From NCBI RefSeq assembly GCF_020745735.1, contig NC_083428.1:4960001-5024000 (forward strand): a stretch of DNA of 64,000 nt, read 5' to 3'. The translations under genes and the position numbers were made by a program. Each line of letters starts with the position of its first letter. Positions within the stretch are counted from its first letter, which is position 1. This DNA is from Hemiscyllium ocellatum. Lineage: Eukaryota. A model generated the notes under the pieces. It made no database searches. It worked only from the letters and a program-made list of their open reading frames with translations, and was not told the DNA's origin. Shown piece after piece: positions 11,838 to 22,711 of the stretch.

Positions 11838-13341
11838 TCACCACTTGACTGCCAAAATCATGTCCACCGAAATCATAAGGCACAAGTTAAGAGTGTGATG
11901 GAATACTCCCCACTTGCCTGGATGAGTGCAACCCCAACAACACTCAAGAAGCTTGACACCATCCAGGACAAAGCAGCCCACATGATTGGCATCACATCCA
12001 CTCCTTCCTTCACCAATGCTCAGTAGCAGCAGTGTGGACTATCTACCTGATGCACTGTAGAAATGCACCAAAGATCCTCAGACAGCACCTTCCAAACCCA
12101 TAATCACTTGCATCTCGAAGGACCAGGGCAGCAGATACATGGGAACACCAGCGCCTCCAAGCCAATCACCATCCTGACTTGGAAATATATTGCCATCCCT
12201 TAACTGTCATTGGAAATCTTGGAATTCCATCCCTCATGGCATTGTGGGTCAACCCACAGCAAATGGACTGCAGCAGTTCAAGAAGGCAGATGGGGCAATA
12301 AATGCTGGCCAAACAGCGATGCCCACACCCCACTAAAGTGAATTTTAAAAAAAAAGGCTTACAGTCCTTTTGTGACTAGCTAGTAATTTAGGTCTGTGTC
12401 CTCAGATTGTATGAAACGTGAGTTGTTTAGGTTGGTTTTCATGCTTTTCTTTCATAGAACTAACTACATGGAGAGCTATTTCAAATGTTGTTGTTCTCTG
12501 GTTGTAAAAGGCTACATCTCCAACAGATGAGTCTCAAGTCACCCTGTAGTACAGGTAACTTTTTTTCCCCATCGTAATTATATTTGTATATTGTCTGCTC
12601 TGTAGATTTAACCTGAGTTGAATTTTGCAAGATGTGAGAGCACGTGGCAGAACACTTTATTTTGTTCAGGGTGCTGACTTTTTCATCACCCATTTGCACA
12701 CTGTCCCCAAGGTGTGATTGTGTGGTTAGGGCCTCCAACTTTAAAGATGTGAACCTCCTGATAAAATCCTGTTTCTCTTCTGCATCCCAGGAATTCCAGG
12801 TGAGGACTTGGTCTCTCTTGACTGTGATGCTTTCTGCAGGCAAATAGCCTGCCAGCACTTTGTCTAGGCTCCCCTTGGAAAAGTGTGTGCTAAGGGAAAT
12901 TCAATCTCTGCATGAATCAGCCTTCAGGAAAGGCTAATTAAACTTATTGTTAACCTGAATGGATCACAGGGTGATGGTTCTCATCATTGTCGGATAGCAT
13001 GATGATTACATTGGCCAAAGTTTTAATGCAAAACATTTTTTTAGAGGAAATGTGAACCCTTGAGAGTTGTTTTTTTTTAGTTCGATGATAGCCAATAAAA
13101 AAAATTAAACTAACATTTTTAAATGTACGTAGGCAAAAAATGTGATTTCAATTAATTTCCACATCCTTGAGGCCTAAGTGAAGCGTACAGTCTATCAAAC
13201 TGCCTTCAATGTCTGCCTCTGAGCAACTTAGCTTTCTGCGTGTCAGTTCTATTAGAATAGGTTTCAGTCCAAAACATTTTGCACATAATGAACTCTTATG
13301 GGTAGAGCTCAGTACTGGGGATTTTTAAATTACTCACTTAT

Positions 13342-13648
13342 GGGGTGGCATGGTGGCTGAGCAGTTAGCACTGCTGCCTCACAGCACCAGGGTCCCAGGT
13401 TCGATTCCAACCTCAGGCATTGTCTGTGTGGAGTTTGGAAATTCTCCCCGTGTCTGCGTGGGTTTCCTCTGGGTGCTCTGGTTTCCTCCCACAGTCCAAA
13501 AATGTGCAAGCCAGGTGAATTGCCCATAGTGTTAGGTGCACTTGTCAGAGGGAAAGGGGTTTGAGTGGGTTACTTTTTGTAAGGTTGGTGTGGACTTGTT
13601 GGGCCAAAGGGCCTGTTTTTACACTGTAGGGAATCTAATCTAATCTAA
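13342..13648 (+). mobile_element. HE1-type tRNA-derived V-SINE
   Basis: A box tggctgagcag, B box ggttcgattcc, V-domain ctccccgtgtctgcgtgggtttcctc..ggtttcctcccacagtccaaa, CR1-like tail gggccaaagggcctgt and (TCTAA)3 end. Confidence 0.9.
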
Positions 13649-14225
13649 CTCCCAGGAAAATATCTCACCTCATCTATCTCCTCATCACCCACACCTGTCT
13701 TATCAGGATTTGCACCGTTTTGGTTTTATTTGACTCTTACGGTGCTGCTTTTTGCAATGAGAGGACTTAAAGACAACCTTGGCTTTGCAGCTGATGTGCC
13801 CACCTCCCCATAACAACACTCAGAATTTTTTTCCCCCTCTATCTTCCCACTTCCCCTCCCTTTAGCAAGAGCTAACAGTCAGTCCTGACTAAAATTGACA
13901 GCTTGCCATGTTTGGAAACCTTCTGACTAGAGAATGGGTATGAGTGATGGGAAATTGAATATATGTTTTGCTCTCCCTTAGGTGTGGCATTGTGCTAAAG
14001 TGTCGTTCCCACAAATACAACAACAGTGTCTTGTCAAAGTTTGCCATTTCATTGTGGTGGGCCTGTCATTTGACTTTTGTGGGTACCTTTTTCAGAAACA
14101 TTGAGTATGTGCCTGTAAGTTCACCTTTCCCTTCTTTAGTGCAGAAGCTCTGAAGCTAAGAAATCTAAATTCAAAATTTTTGTTTAATCAATTTTCTTGC
14201 TGGCTTATATTCCACGGACACAATA

Positions 14226-14848
14226 CAGGGGAACCTCAATTATCTGAATGTGATGGGTGTGCACTATTTCGTTCAGATAATCGATTTATTTGGTTAATTG
14301 ATTAAAGGCCTTTCCTCTGGGGCTCGGTGTTTTTAAAGTCTGATCCTTGTTCAGGAGACTGCAGCAAAACAGCATGCAAGGCCCCGCCCCAAGTACCGGG
14401 CCCACCCACCAAAATCTGCCCCCAACACCTCCCCCCCGAAACCCGTCCAGCATTGCCCCCTGCCCCTCACTGGGGCAGCTGGACTGGACAGCAGCAATAA
14501 GATTGCTGCTGCTGCCGCCTTTGTGGGGTAAGTCTCCAAACACACACACATACACTTTTTACTGCAACCTTTTGACAGGTTCCACCTCTGCCCTGTACAG
14601 GACAATGTTGGTCAAATTGTCTCGGGAAGGGGGTAGGGGTGTGAGTTTAGGGTACACTCCTCTGTAGAACACCAGGGAAAGGGTGGGGAGAGAGAGGGCA
14701 GGAGGTCAGTAATTTGAAGACTGTGCCTGTTCAATCACTGTAAACAAAAGATGCGATCACTGTTAGAAACGCTAACAGGGACTTCGAGATCTCCTTCGGA
14801 TAATCCAATTTTCGGATGTTTGGTATTTGGATAATCGAGGTTCCACTG
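14226..14848. mobile_element. Non-autonomous pogo/Tigger-like (Tc1/mariner) DNA transposon
   Basis: TA TSDs at 14224-14225 and 14849-14850; 23-bp imperfect TIRs CAG(G/T)GGAACCTC(A/G)ATTATC(TG/CA)AA; subterminal ttc(a/g)gataatc repeats. Confidence 0.85.
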
Positions 14849-15459
14849 TACACCTATCTGAACCTTGCCTGAGATAGCTTTGTATGTCTTTTCAAATAGC
14901 TACTTACTGCCTCTTACCACCTCTGAAATGCAGTGGTAAGTTTGTGAATCTGGGCAAAAAAGCTTGTCTTATTCCAAAATGTTGATTCTCTCAAGAAAGC
15001 ATCAATCTATTTGCCAGCAATGTAATCTCATCGGTGAGGCAAAAAGTCAGACAATAGGTTGTTATCAGTCTTATTTAACTAACCGAATTCCTATGGATTG
15101 CTGGAGCCAACGGCGAAAACAAGATGAAAATCTAGAAGGGTTAAGATACAGTATGTGAAAATAAACTGTAATGGCTCAAAAGCAGATAACCAAGGGGACA
15201 CAATTTTAAAGTGACTGGTGGAAGAAATGGGTAGCATAAGGAAAGATTTTTGTGCAGCATCTGATCACAATTTGGAATATACTGCTTGTTGTGGTCGATA
15301 CAGATTCCATGCACTCTTCAAAGGTGAACTGGATAAAGACTTGAAGGAAAGATAATTGTGATTTGGAGAAAGAGCGGGTTAGTGGAACTAACCAGATTGC
15401 TTTGAAAGAACCAACATAGACTGATAGGCTGAATCGCCTCCTTCTGCATTTGCTTTTGT

Positions 15460-15865
15460 CTTAAGAAAAGAGGCTGAGTGAGCTAAGGCTTTTCACACTG
15501 GAGAGAAGGAAGAGAGATTACTTGAGAGGGCTGTACAAAATAATGAGGGGCGTAGATAGATGGCTAGAGACTTTTCCCCAGGGCAGAAATGACTGTCAGG
15601 AGGGGTCATACTTTTAAGGTGAGTGGAGGAAGGTATAGGGGAGATGTCAGAGGTAGGCTCTTTACGCAGAGAGTGCTGGTGCATGGATGCACTAACAGTG
15701 GTGGTAGTAGGGTCAGGGACATTTAAGCGACTGCTGGACAAGCACGTGGATGACAATAATTTGAGGGGTTTGCAGGTGAGGTTGATCTGAGATTAAGATA
15801 AATGCTTGGCGCAACATCGTGGGCTGAAGGCCCTGTACTATGCTGTACTGTACTATGTTCTATCC
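15460..15865 (+). mobile_element. CR1 3' fragment
   Basis: ERLSELRLFTLERR..RDYL..LYKIMRGVDR remnant and CR1 tail gggctgaaggccctgtac..tatgttctat. Confidence 0.75.
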
Positions 15866-17385
15866 TATACATTTAACAGTGCTGATGTTCAACTGCCAAA
15901 GACTTCATTGATCATTCTTTCCCTCTGTGTGAGTACCACACCAGGTGGTGCATGAACCAACTGAAGTGTCAGGGGAGCTTAAAAGAGATCTGTATTGATC
16001 TGCCCTCTCCTATAAAGCTATTTGGGGATTGGAACTTCGACCACTGCCCCAATGATTGCTTCCAATTCTCTTTTCCAATGCTGATTAAAAACACTGAGGG
16101 GAGTCCAAGCCTAGCGATTTTTCCAGTTTGTAAATTTTTTTTTCCTCAATGGATTGCACGAGAGTGTCTTCCACGACACACTGTGCTTGTGTCATCATTT
16201 GCTCTAGCCTGATCCCACAGCTGTGATAAAAACACAGGGGACTGTAGAGAAGGAGAGGCCAAATGGTTTTCTTCTTATGGATGAGTCAGAGGTGGAAAAT
16301 TCCACTCATCCACCAGCCGGGAGTGAGTTCCTTCCCAGCCTCAGCATTTTTGAAAAAAAAACAAAGCTGCTCATCAGCTTGTGATTAACACTAGTGTCAT
16401 TATCCTTCCTGTTCGTGTTTGTGTCTAGAATTGTAGAATGATGCAGCACAACAAAGAGGCCATTTGGTCCGTTGTGCCTCTTTGGTAGAGCTAGCCACTG
16501 TTGCTCCCATGCCCTACAAATTACAAAATATTTTCTACCTCTGACCTTTCACAGTTGACTTATCATTTGTCTCCTCACTGCCTTGTGCCTCTATCTCTTT
16601 TCTTTTTGTTATTTTAAAACTTTCTTTAAGTTGCACCGCGCCCCCCCCCGCCACAAGTTTCATAATAGAGGCTTGATTTTTCGATGAGGGAGATCACTGA
16701 AATGTCACTGTGGTAGTGAATGACTGGAAAAACCAGGAAAATATCACAAAGTATACAGAAAGAGGTTGTTCAACCCAACAGATCCACCCTGATACTTATG
16801 CTTTACGCAGGACCCACCACCACCACTCCTGTCCATCCAAACGTAGCAATATATTTGGTTTCTTTCTCACCCTTGCTTACCTAACTTTCCCTGAAATGCC
16901 AAACTGTAGTAGCAAGTTTATGTTCTCACCACTGCTTGGGAGAAATGTTCCTCTTGTATTCCCTTTTTGGATTTACTAGTGAATACCTCATATTCTTGTC
17001 TCACCCACAAGTGGAAACATCCTGTCTTACAGTCTAGCCGATAAAACTCCGATAATCTTGAAGTCATTTTTCCGGTCAAGCTTGTCGTCTTTTCCAAGGT
17101 AGAGAATCCCAGCCCATTTAATCATTGGGTGAAATTCAGAATCCTTTAATTGAGTCTGTTGACAAAAGATTTTTTTGTGAACCATGTGCCAAGTCTAACT
17201 GTTGCTGATAATATTCACCTAACCACCCAACTTTATTCCTGATTTCAGCAGAAGCGAATTCACTATAATTATCTCTGGAACCCATTTTAAGCTAATCATT
17301 TCAATAGCTTTGCAAAGAAGTGTTGGATCTAATGAAAGTGTGACTACTTCGCTGCAATGATTCACCAGAATGCATTGTTTTTCAA

Positions 17386-17470
17386 TTGGCTGCATGCCAA
17401 AGAAGCAGTACTGGCCTAATGTAAAGGCAGACTCCTAACGCATGTGAAGAAGCAAAACAAGTGGGCGGAC
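17386..17470. promoter_or_regulatory. Perfect NFI site with a nearby GC box
   Basis: TTGGCTGCATGCCAA at 17386-17400 and GGGCGGA at 17463-17469, in unique-looking sequence between old CR1 remnants. Confidence 0.3.
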
Positions 17471-18239
17471 TCGACAAACACATTCTCCCCATTTTGACAT
17501 GGCTGTTTCGTTACACCATCCTCTTAGCACAATCAAAGAAAGCACTTTAGAATAGAATTAGCAGCCATTACAGAAGGAACACTAAAGCTGTAGGAAGCAT
17601 ATGAAGATTCACCAGCCAATACCAGGGTTAAGATACTCTTGCTCTGAAGAAAGGTAGAAGGAGAGTTGCCAGAGGATACAAATTTAGATCATTCACAAAA
17701 GAAACAGGAGGAGCTGAGAATTTATTTTACCTTGGAGGAAAGTCATGATCTACAGTGCAACATCTGAATGGATGATGGAAGAAGTAAATAATTTCAAAAG
17801 GACATTGGGTGCCTGTCTGAATTAGTTGTGGGAAGAGAGTAGGGAAATGGGTCTACTTGAATAATTCTTTTCCAGAATATATAACTCACAACCACATAAC
17901 ATAGGTGAATAGCATAATTGTATTTAAAAGCAAGTTAGATGAGCACAGGAAAGGAATAGAAGGAGGAGATATGTATGGTATGTGTTGGTATCATTTCGGT
18001 TGAAGTGCCTGTTTTGGTGCTATACATTCTGTGAATCCAACTGGAGCAGAAAAGATGAAAGAGAGATTTAATAGAAGTTCTCAATTAGGGAAAAAGTTTA
18101 TTAGAATTAATGAAGAGAAGTATTTGCTCTGGTTGGAGAATGGTAGAGTTTTTATAGCGCTTCCAATTTAGCATGATCAGTGATGTGAGGATGGCAGGGA
18201 CTTCATTTGAATTGTTGCAGCTTGAAATGCTTTACCATG

Positions 18240-18590
18240 TACCATTTAACTTTGAAGTCTTTTGAGGAGCTGTCCTTGGGTTCCTCTTCTGTTTGAGCTA
18301 CCTGTTGCCTCTCTATGGCATTATCCAAACAAATAGTGTGAAGCTCCATGTTTTCACTGCTGTCACCTATCTCTCCCTCACCAACTTATTTCTCATCCCC
18401 TGAACTATTTCCAGTTTGTTACATTGGTTGTCTAATGTCCAGTGTTGAATGAAGAAATTTTTTTCCAGCTAAATATTAAGAAAACAAAGCCACTCTTTGG
18501 TCTGTTCTAACAAGCTATGTTCCTGAGCCACTGACGCACTCACTGACTTGTCCACTATCTGAGGTTGAACCAGACCTTTGGAACCAATGC
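18240..18590 (+). mobile_element. Old L2 LINE RT fragment
   Basis: Remnant of GSVLGPLLF..Y.LPL..II...V..H..ADDT.LY and LNIKKT. Other L2 3' remnants at about 27930-28700 and 43590-44280. Confidence 0.5.
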
Positions 18591-18742
18591 TCAGTCTATT
18601 TTGTTTTGGTATGTGGTCCTCTGAGGTCTATGCAGAGCATCACCTTTTGAAACCAGAAGTCACTGTGTCGTTATGCTAGTCAATGTGCACTCAACCTTGG
18701 AGCACTCACTGAGAAGGCACATTTCAGCCTATATGACACTGA

Positions 18743-19739
18743 TCAAAGTTTGGGAGAAGATTTGTAGCTCGGGTGCTCGTTGTTGTGGTTCTGTTCGCCG
18801 AGCTGGGCATTTGTGTTGCAGACGTTTCATCCCCTGTCTAGGTAACCACCTCAGTGCTTGGAACCCTCCTGTGAAGCGCTTCTGTGATCTTTCCTCTGGC
18901 ATTTGTAGTGGTTTGAATCTGCCGCTTCCGGTTGTCAGTTCCAGCTGTCCGTTGCAGTTGTCGGTATATTGGGTCCAGGTCAATGTGCTTATTGATTGAA
19001 TCTGTGGAGGAGTGCCATGCCTCTAGGAATTCCCTGGCTGTTCTCTGTTTGGCTTGTCCTAAAATAGTAGTGTTGTCCCAGTCAAATTCATGTTGCTTGT
19101 CATCTGCGTGTGTGGCTATTAAGGATAGCTGGTCGTGTCATTTCGTGGCTAGTTGGTGTTCATGGATGCGGATTGTTAGCTGTCTTCCTGTTTGTCCTAT
19201 GTAGTGTTTTGTGCAGTCCTTGCATGGGATTTTGTACACTACATTGGTTTTGCTCATGCTGGGTATCGGGTCCTTCGTTCTGGTGAGTTGTTGTCTAAGA
19301 GTAGCTGTTGGTTTGTGTGCTGTTATGAGTCCTAGTGGTCGCAGTAGTCTGGCTGTTAGTTCGGAAATGCTCTTGATGTATGGTAACATGGCTAGTCCTT
19401 TGGGTTGCGGCATGTATTCATTCCATTGTCTTTCCCTTAAGCATCTGTTGATGAAATTGCAGGGGTATCCATTTTTGGTGAATACATTATATAGGTGTTG
19501 GCATGGCACTCATCCACAGATGCAATCAATAAGCACATCGACCTGGACCCAATATACCGGCCACTGCAGCGGACAGCTGGAACTGACAACCGGAAGCGGC
19601 AGATTCAAACCACTACAAATGCCGGAGGAAAGATCACAGAAGCGCTTCACAGGAGGCTCCCAAGCACTGAGAATGTCACCTAGACAGGGGACGAAGCGTC
19701 TGCAACACAAATTCCCAGCTTGGTGAACAGAACCACAAC
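18743..19739 (-). mobile_element. Penelope-like element (Poseidon-type): 5'-truncated ORF with GIY-YIG endonuclease and 240-bp inverted pLTR
   Basis: Minus ORF ..NGYP..LPYIKSISE..NVVYKIPCKDCTKHYIGQTGRQLTIRIHEH (GIY-YIG). Inverted repeat 18781-19020 vs 19501-19740; unique tail 18743-18780; TSD atatgac(a/t)ctga (18731-18742, 19740-19751). Mutated hammerhead cores in both arms (ctgagaatgtcacctagacaggggacgaagcgtc at 19667-19700). Confidence 0.92.
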
Positions 19740-20483
19740 ATATGACTCTGAGCTTCTGACCTCATATCCTCTCCATTACCAAGATGCCTACTTCCATCTT
19801 CCTATATTCCTCAATTCTACATCCATCTCAGCTCATCTGCTATCAGAACCCTTATCTGTGACTTATCAATTACCCTTGGACAAAAAGATTCTAATACAAG
19901 ATTTCCAGAGACCTTGCATTCTCAAATTCTCAAATTCTCAAATTCCCTCCATAAACCCCTCCACTCATTATGTCTTCCCATTTCAGATGATTAATTATTT
20001 GGTCCATGTAGGATCTGTTGGACTCTATACAATCATTTGTATATCTTTACAACAGATCATGATTTTTCTAAAGTATAATCCATTATGAGGGAGATACAAA
20101 GCCAGCAAAGGAGTTGAATGATGTGAATACTGCTAAGGATATGGAAATGAAAAAATTGGCGTTATTGCCCCCTTGTAAACTTTTTAATCCTTTTGTACAA
20201 GTAACAAAATGTAGTTTGTTTAGTGTTTTAAGTTATGTGTTATGCTGTGTTCGATTCAAAATTGTTAGTATTGGTAAGGCAATACATATTACCTATTACT
20301 ATTCATTTGATATTTTCATATTACAGTTTTTCTCCTGTTTTGTTTTATTAGACATTCACCTGTACATCCCTTGGTATGAGATTAATGCTAGAGAAGTGTA
20401 TCTGAAGCAAATGGTGGGTTCAGAGGCTCACAGAATAGAATTCATCAAATGGTTATGGCAGAGAAGTCTCTCTTTCCCATTCC

Positions 20484-20680
20484 NNNNNNNNNNNNNNNNN
20501 NNNNNNNNNNNNNNNNNNNNNNNNNNNNNNNNNNNNNNNNNNNNNNNNNNNNNNNNNNNNNNNNNNNNNNNNNNNNNNNNNNNNNNNNNNNNNNNNNNNN
20601 NNNNNNNNNNNNNNNNNNNNNNNNNNNNNNNNNNNNNNNNNNNNNNNNNNNNNNNNNNNNNNNNNNNNNNNNNNNNNNNN
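20484..20680. other. Assembly gap (197 N)
   Basis: Run of N directly abutting a young CR1 copy. Confidence 0.99.
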
Positions 20681-21616
20681 AGCATAAGAGGTACAGTTAG
20701 TAAGTTTGCAGATGACACCAAAATTGGAGGTGTAGTGGACAGTGAAGAGGGTTTCCTCAGATTACAACAGGATCTGGACCAGATGGGCCAATGGGCAAAG
20801 AGGTGGCAGATGGAGTTTAATTCAGATAAATGCGAGGTGCTGCATTTTGGGAAAGCAAATCTTAGCAGGACTTATACACTTAATGGTAAAGTCCTAGGGA
20901 GTGTTGCTGAACAAAGAGACCTTGAAGTGCAGGTTCATAGTTCCTTGAAATTGGAGTCGCAGGTAGATAGGATAGTGAAGAAGACGTTTGGTATGCTTTC
21001 CTTTATTGGTCAGAGTATTGAGTACAGGAGTTGGGAGGTCATGTTGCGGCTGTACAGGACATTGGTAAGGCCACTGTTGGAATATTGCGTGCAATTCTGG
21101 TCTCCTTCCTATCGAAAAGATGTTGTGAAACTTGAATGGGCTCAGAAAAGATTTACAGGATGTGGCCAGGGTTGGAGCATTTGAGCTACAGGGAGAGGCT
21201 GATCAGGCTGGGGCTGTTTTCTCTGGAGCGTCGGAGGCTGAGGGGTGACCTTATAGAGGTTTACAAAATTATGAGGGGCACGGATAGGGTAAATAGGCAA
21301 CACCTTTTCCCTGGAGTCAGGGAGTCCAGAACTAGAGGGTGTAGGTTTAGGGTGAGGGGAAAGATATAAAAGGGACCTAAGGGGCAACTGTTTCACATAG
21401 AGGGTGCTACGTGTATGGAATGAGCTACCAGAGGAAGTGGTGGATGCTGGTACAATTGCAACATTTAAGAGGCATTTGGATGGGTATATGAATAGGAAGG
21501 GTTTGGAGGGATATGGCTAGGTGCTGGCAGGAGGGAGTAGATTGGGTTGGGATATCTGGTCAGCGTGGACAGGTTGGACCAAAGGGTCTGTTTCCATGCT
21601 GTACATCTCTATGATT
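20681..21616 (+). mobile_element. Young CR1 (HER1-like) ORF2 RT C-terminus and 3' UTR
   Basis: SKFADDTKIGGVVDSEEG..LQQDLDQMGQWAKRWQMEFN.DKCEVLHFG...YRTLVRPLLEYCVQFWSP; tail ctgtacatctctatgattc. Confidence 0.92.
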
Positions 21617-22020
21617 CGCTTTCTTCCCCCTCACCCAGCTCTCTCTCTCTCTTCTCCCCCACCCCCCTCCCCCCACCTCCAGAAACTATGATTTTTGAAC
21701 ACTTGGATCAAATCTCATCTAAATCTTTTTCTTTAAGGAGAAGAGCACCAAATTATTCAGTCTATTCATAGAGTTAAAGTGAGGGAAGTACAAAGTGCCA
21801 TCTTCAAATTTTAGCTTAAGCTCTCCTCTAATAGTAGTTCCATTCTCGTTTTATAAGAAAATAGCACCATTTAAATAATGGGGCTGGAATCGCAATATAA
21901 CCAATACATTCTTTGAAAGTTTGCGCTTTAGAAACAGTGTCCCTAATTTGTCACTCGTGTTCTCATGAATTTGCATTTGCAAAACGCACGTTGTAGCAGA
22001 ATGACCTGTATACTTCTGTC

Positions 22021-22380
22021 AGCCTCCGATAAGCTGAAATAAGTCAAGTTTGTCCAGACCCTCCTTATAGTTAATGCATTCCAGTCCAGGCAACATCCTA
22101 GTCAACTGCTTTTGCATGTTCTCCAAAGTCTCCACATCCTTCCTATACTGGGGCAACCAGAACTGTACATTGTACTCCAAATGTGGTGTAATTAAAGTCT
22201 TATACAACTGCAACATAATTTGCCACCTTCTTTACTCAGTGCCCTGACCATTGAAAACAAGCATGCCTTATGACTTATTTACCATCTTACCACCTTGTGT
22301 TGCCACTTTCAGGGAGCGATGCACTTGCACCCCAAGATTCCTCTGTATATCAATGCTCCTAATAGTCCTGCCATTTACCG
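22021..22380 (-). mobile_element. CR1 ORF2 fragment
   Basis: QRNLGVQVHRSLKVATQ and MLQLYKTLITPHLEYNVQFWLPQYRKDVE. Confidence 0.8.
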
Positions 22381-22711
22381 AAGAACTGTATACTGACTCG
22401 ATGTTTCGACTTGTGACCTTCAGTGCTGCAAACTGTGTACTTAATATAACTGACATTTGTATGCCTTGCAAGAGGCTTGATAGCGGGGGAAAATGGTGTG
22501 GGCAGATGAGAGGTTTGGGGTTCCAATCTAATGGACAGTCATTGATATTATTTTTTCTTGGGATCTGTAATGCCCAAGATGCATTGCAAATCATTCAGGT
22601 TGGTCAGTGTCCAGAAATACATCAGAATTATGTGTACATATGTGATGGGATGGTACAGGCATCTCAATACTGAATTAATTAACTTGAATTAATTAACAAG
22701 TTATAGAAGAA

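Larger units (their letters stand above)
8630..12356 (+). mobile_element. L2/CR1-group LINE (APE + RT), degenerate, with three nested insertions
   Basis: APE remnants (DTTFSIPG, LITIYQPPSADES, DLILTN, KCDHHTV), RT remnants (KSNPANYRPISLLSIIS, GVPQGSILGP, FADDC), 3' tail gggcaataaatgctggcc..gatgcccac..A-rich. Same family as 22712-25884. Confidence 0.85.

Noticed and set aside
13342-13420. tRNA genes at A/B-box sequences (also 22712, 38520-38597, 39929)
   Set aside because: They are SINE/LINE heads continuing into repeat bodies; no complete cloverleaf seen.
19919-19946. Short tandem repeats (CTCAAATT)3; also 43965-44000 and 22672-22700
   Set aside because: Ordinary slippage duplications without spacers; not CRISPR-like.
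20114-21184. 356-aa ORF, the longest in the track
   Set aside because: Artefact of reading through the N gap into CR1 RT; not a host gene.
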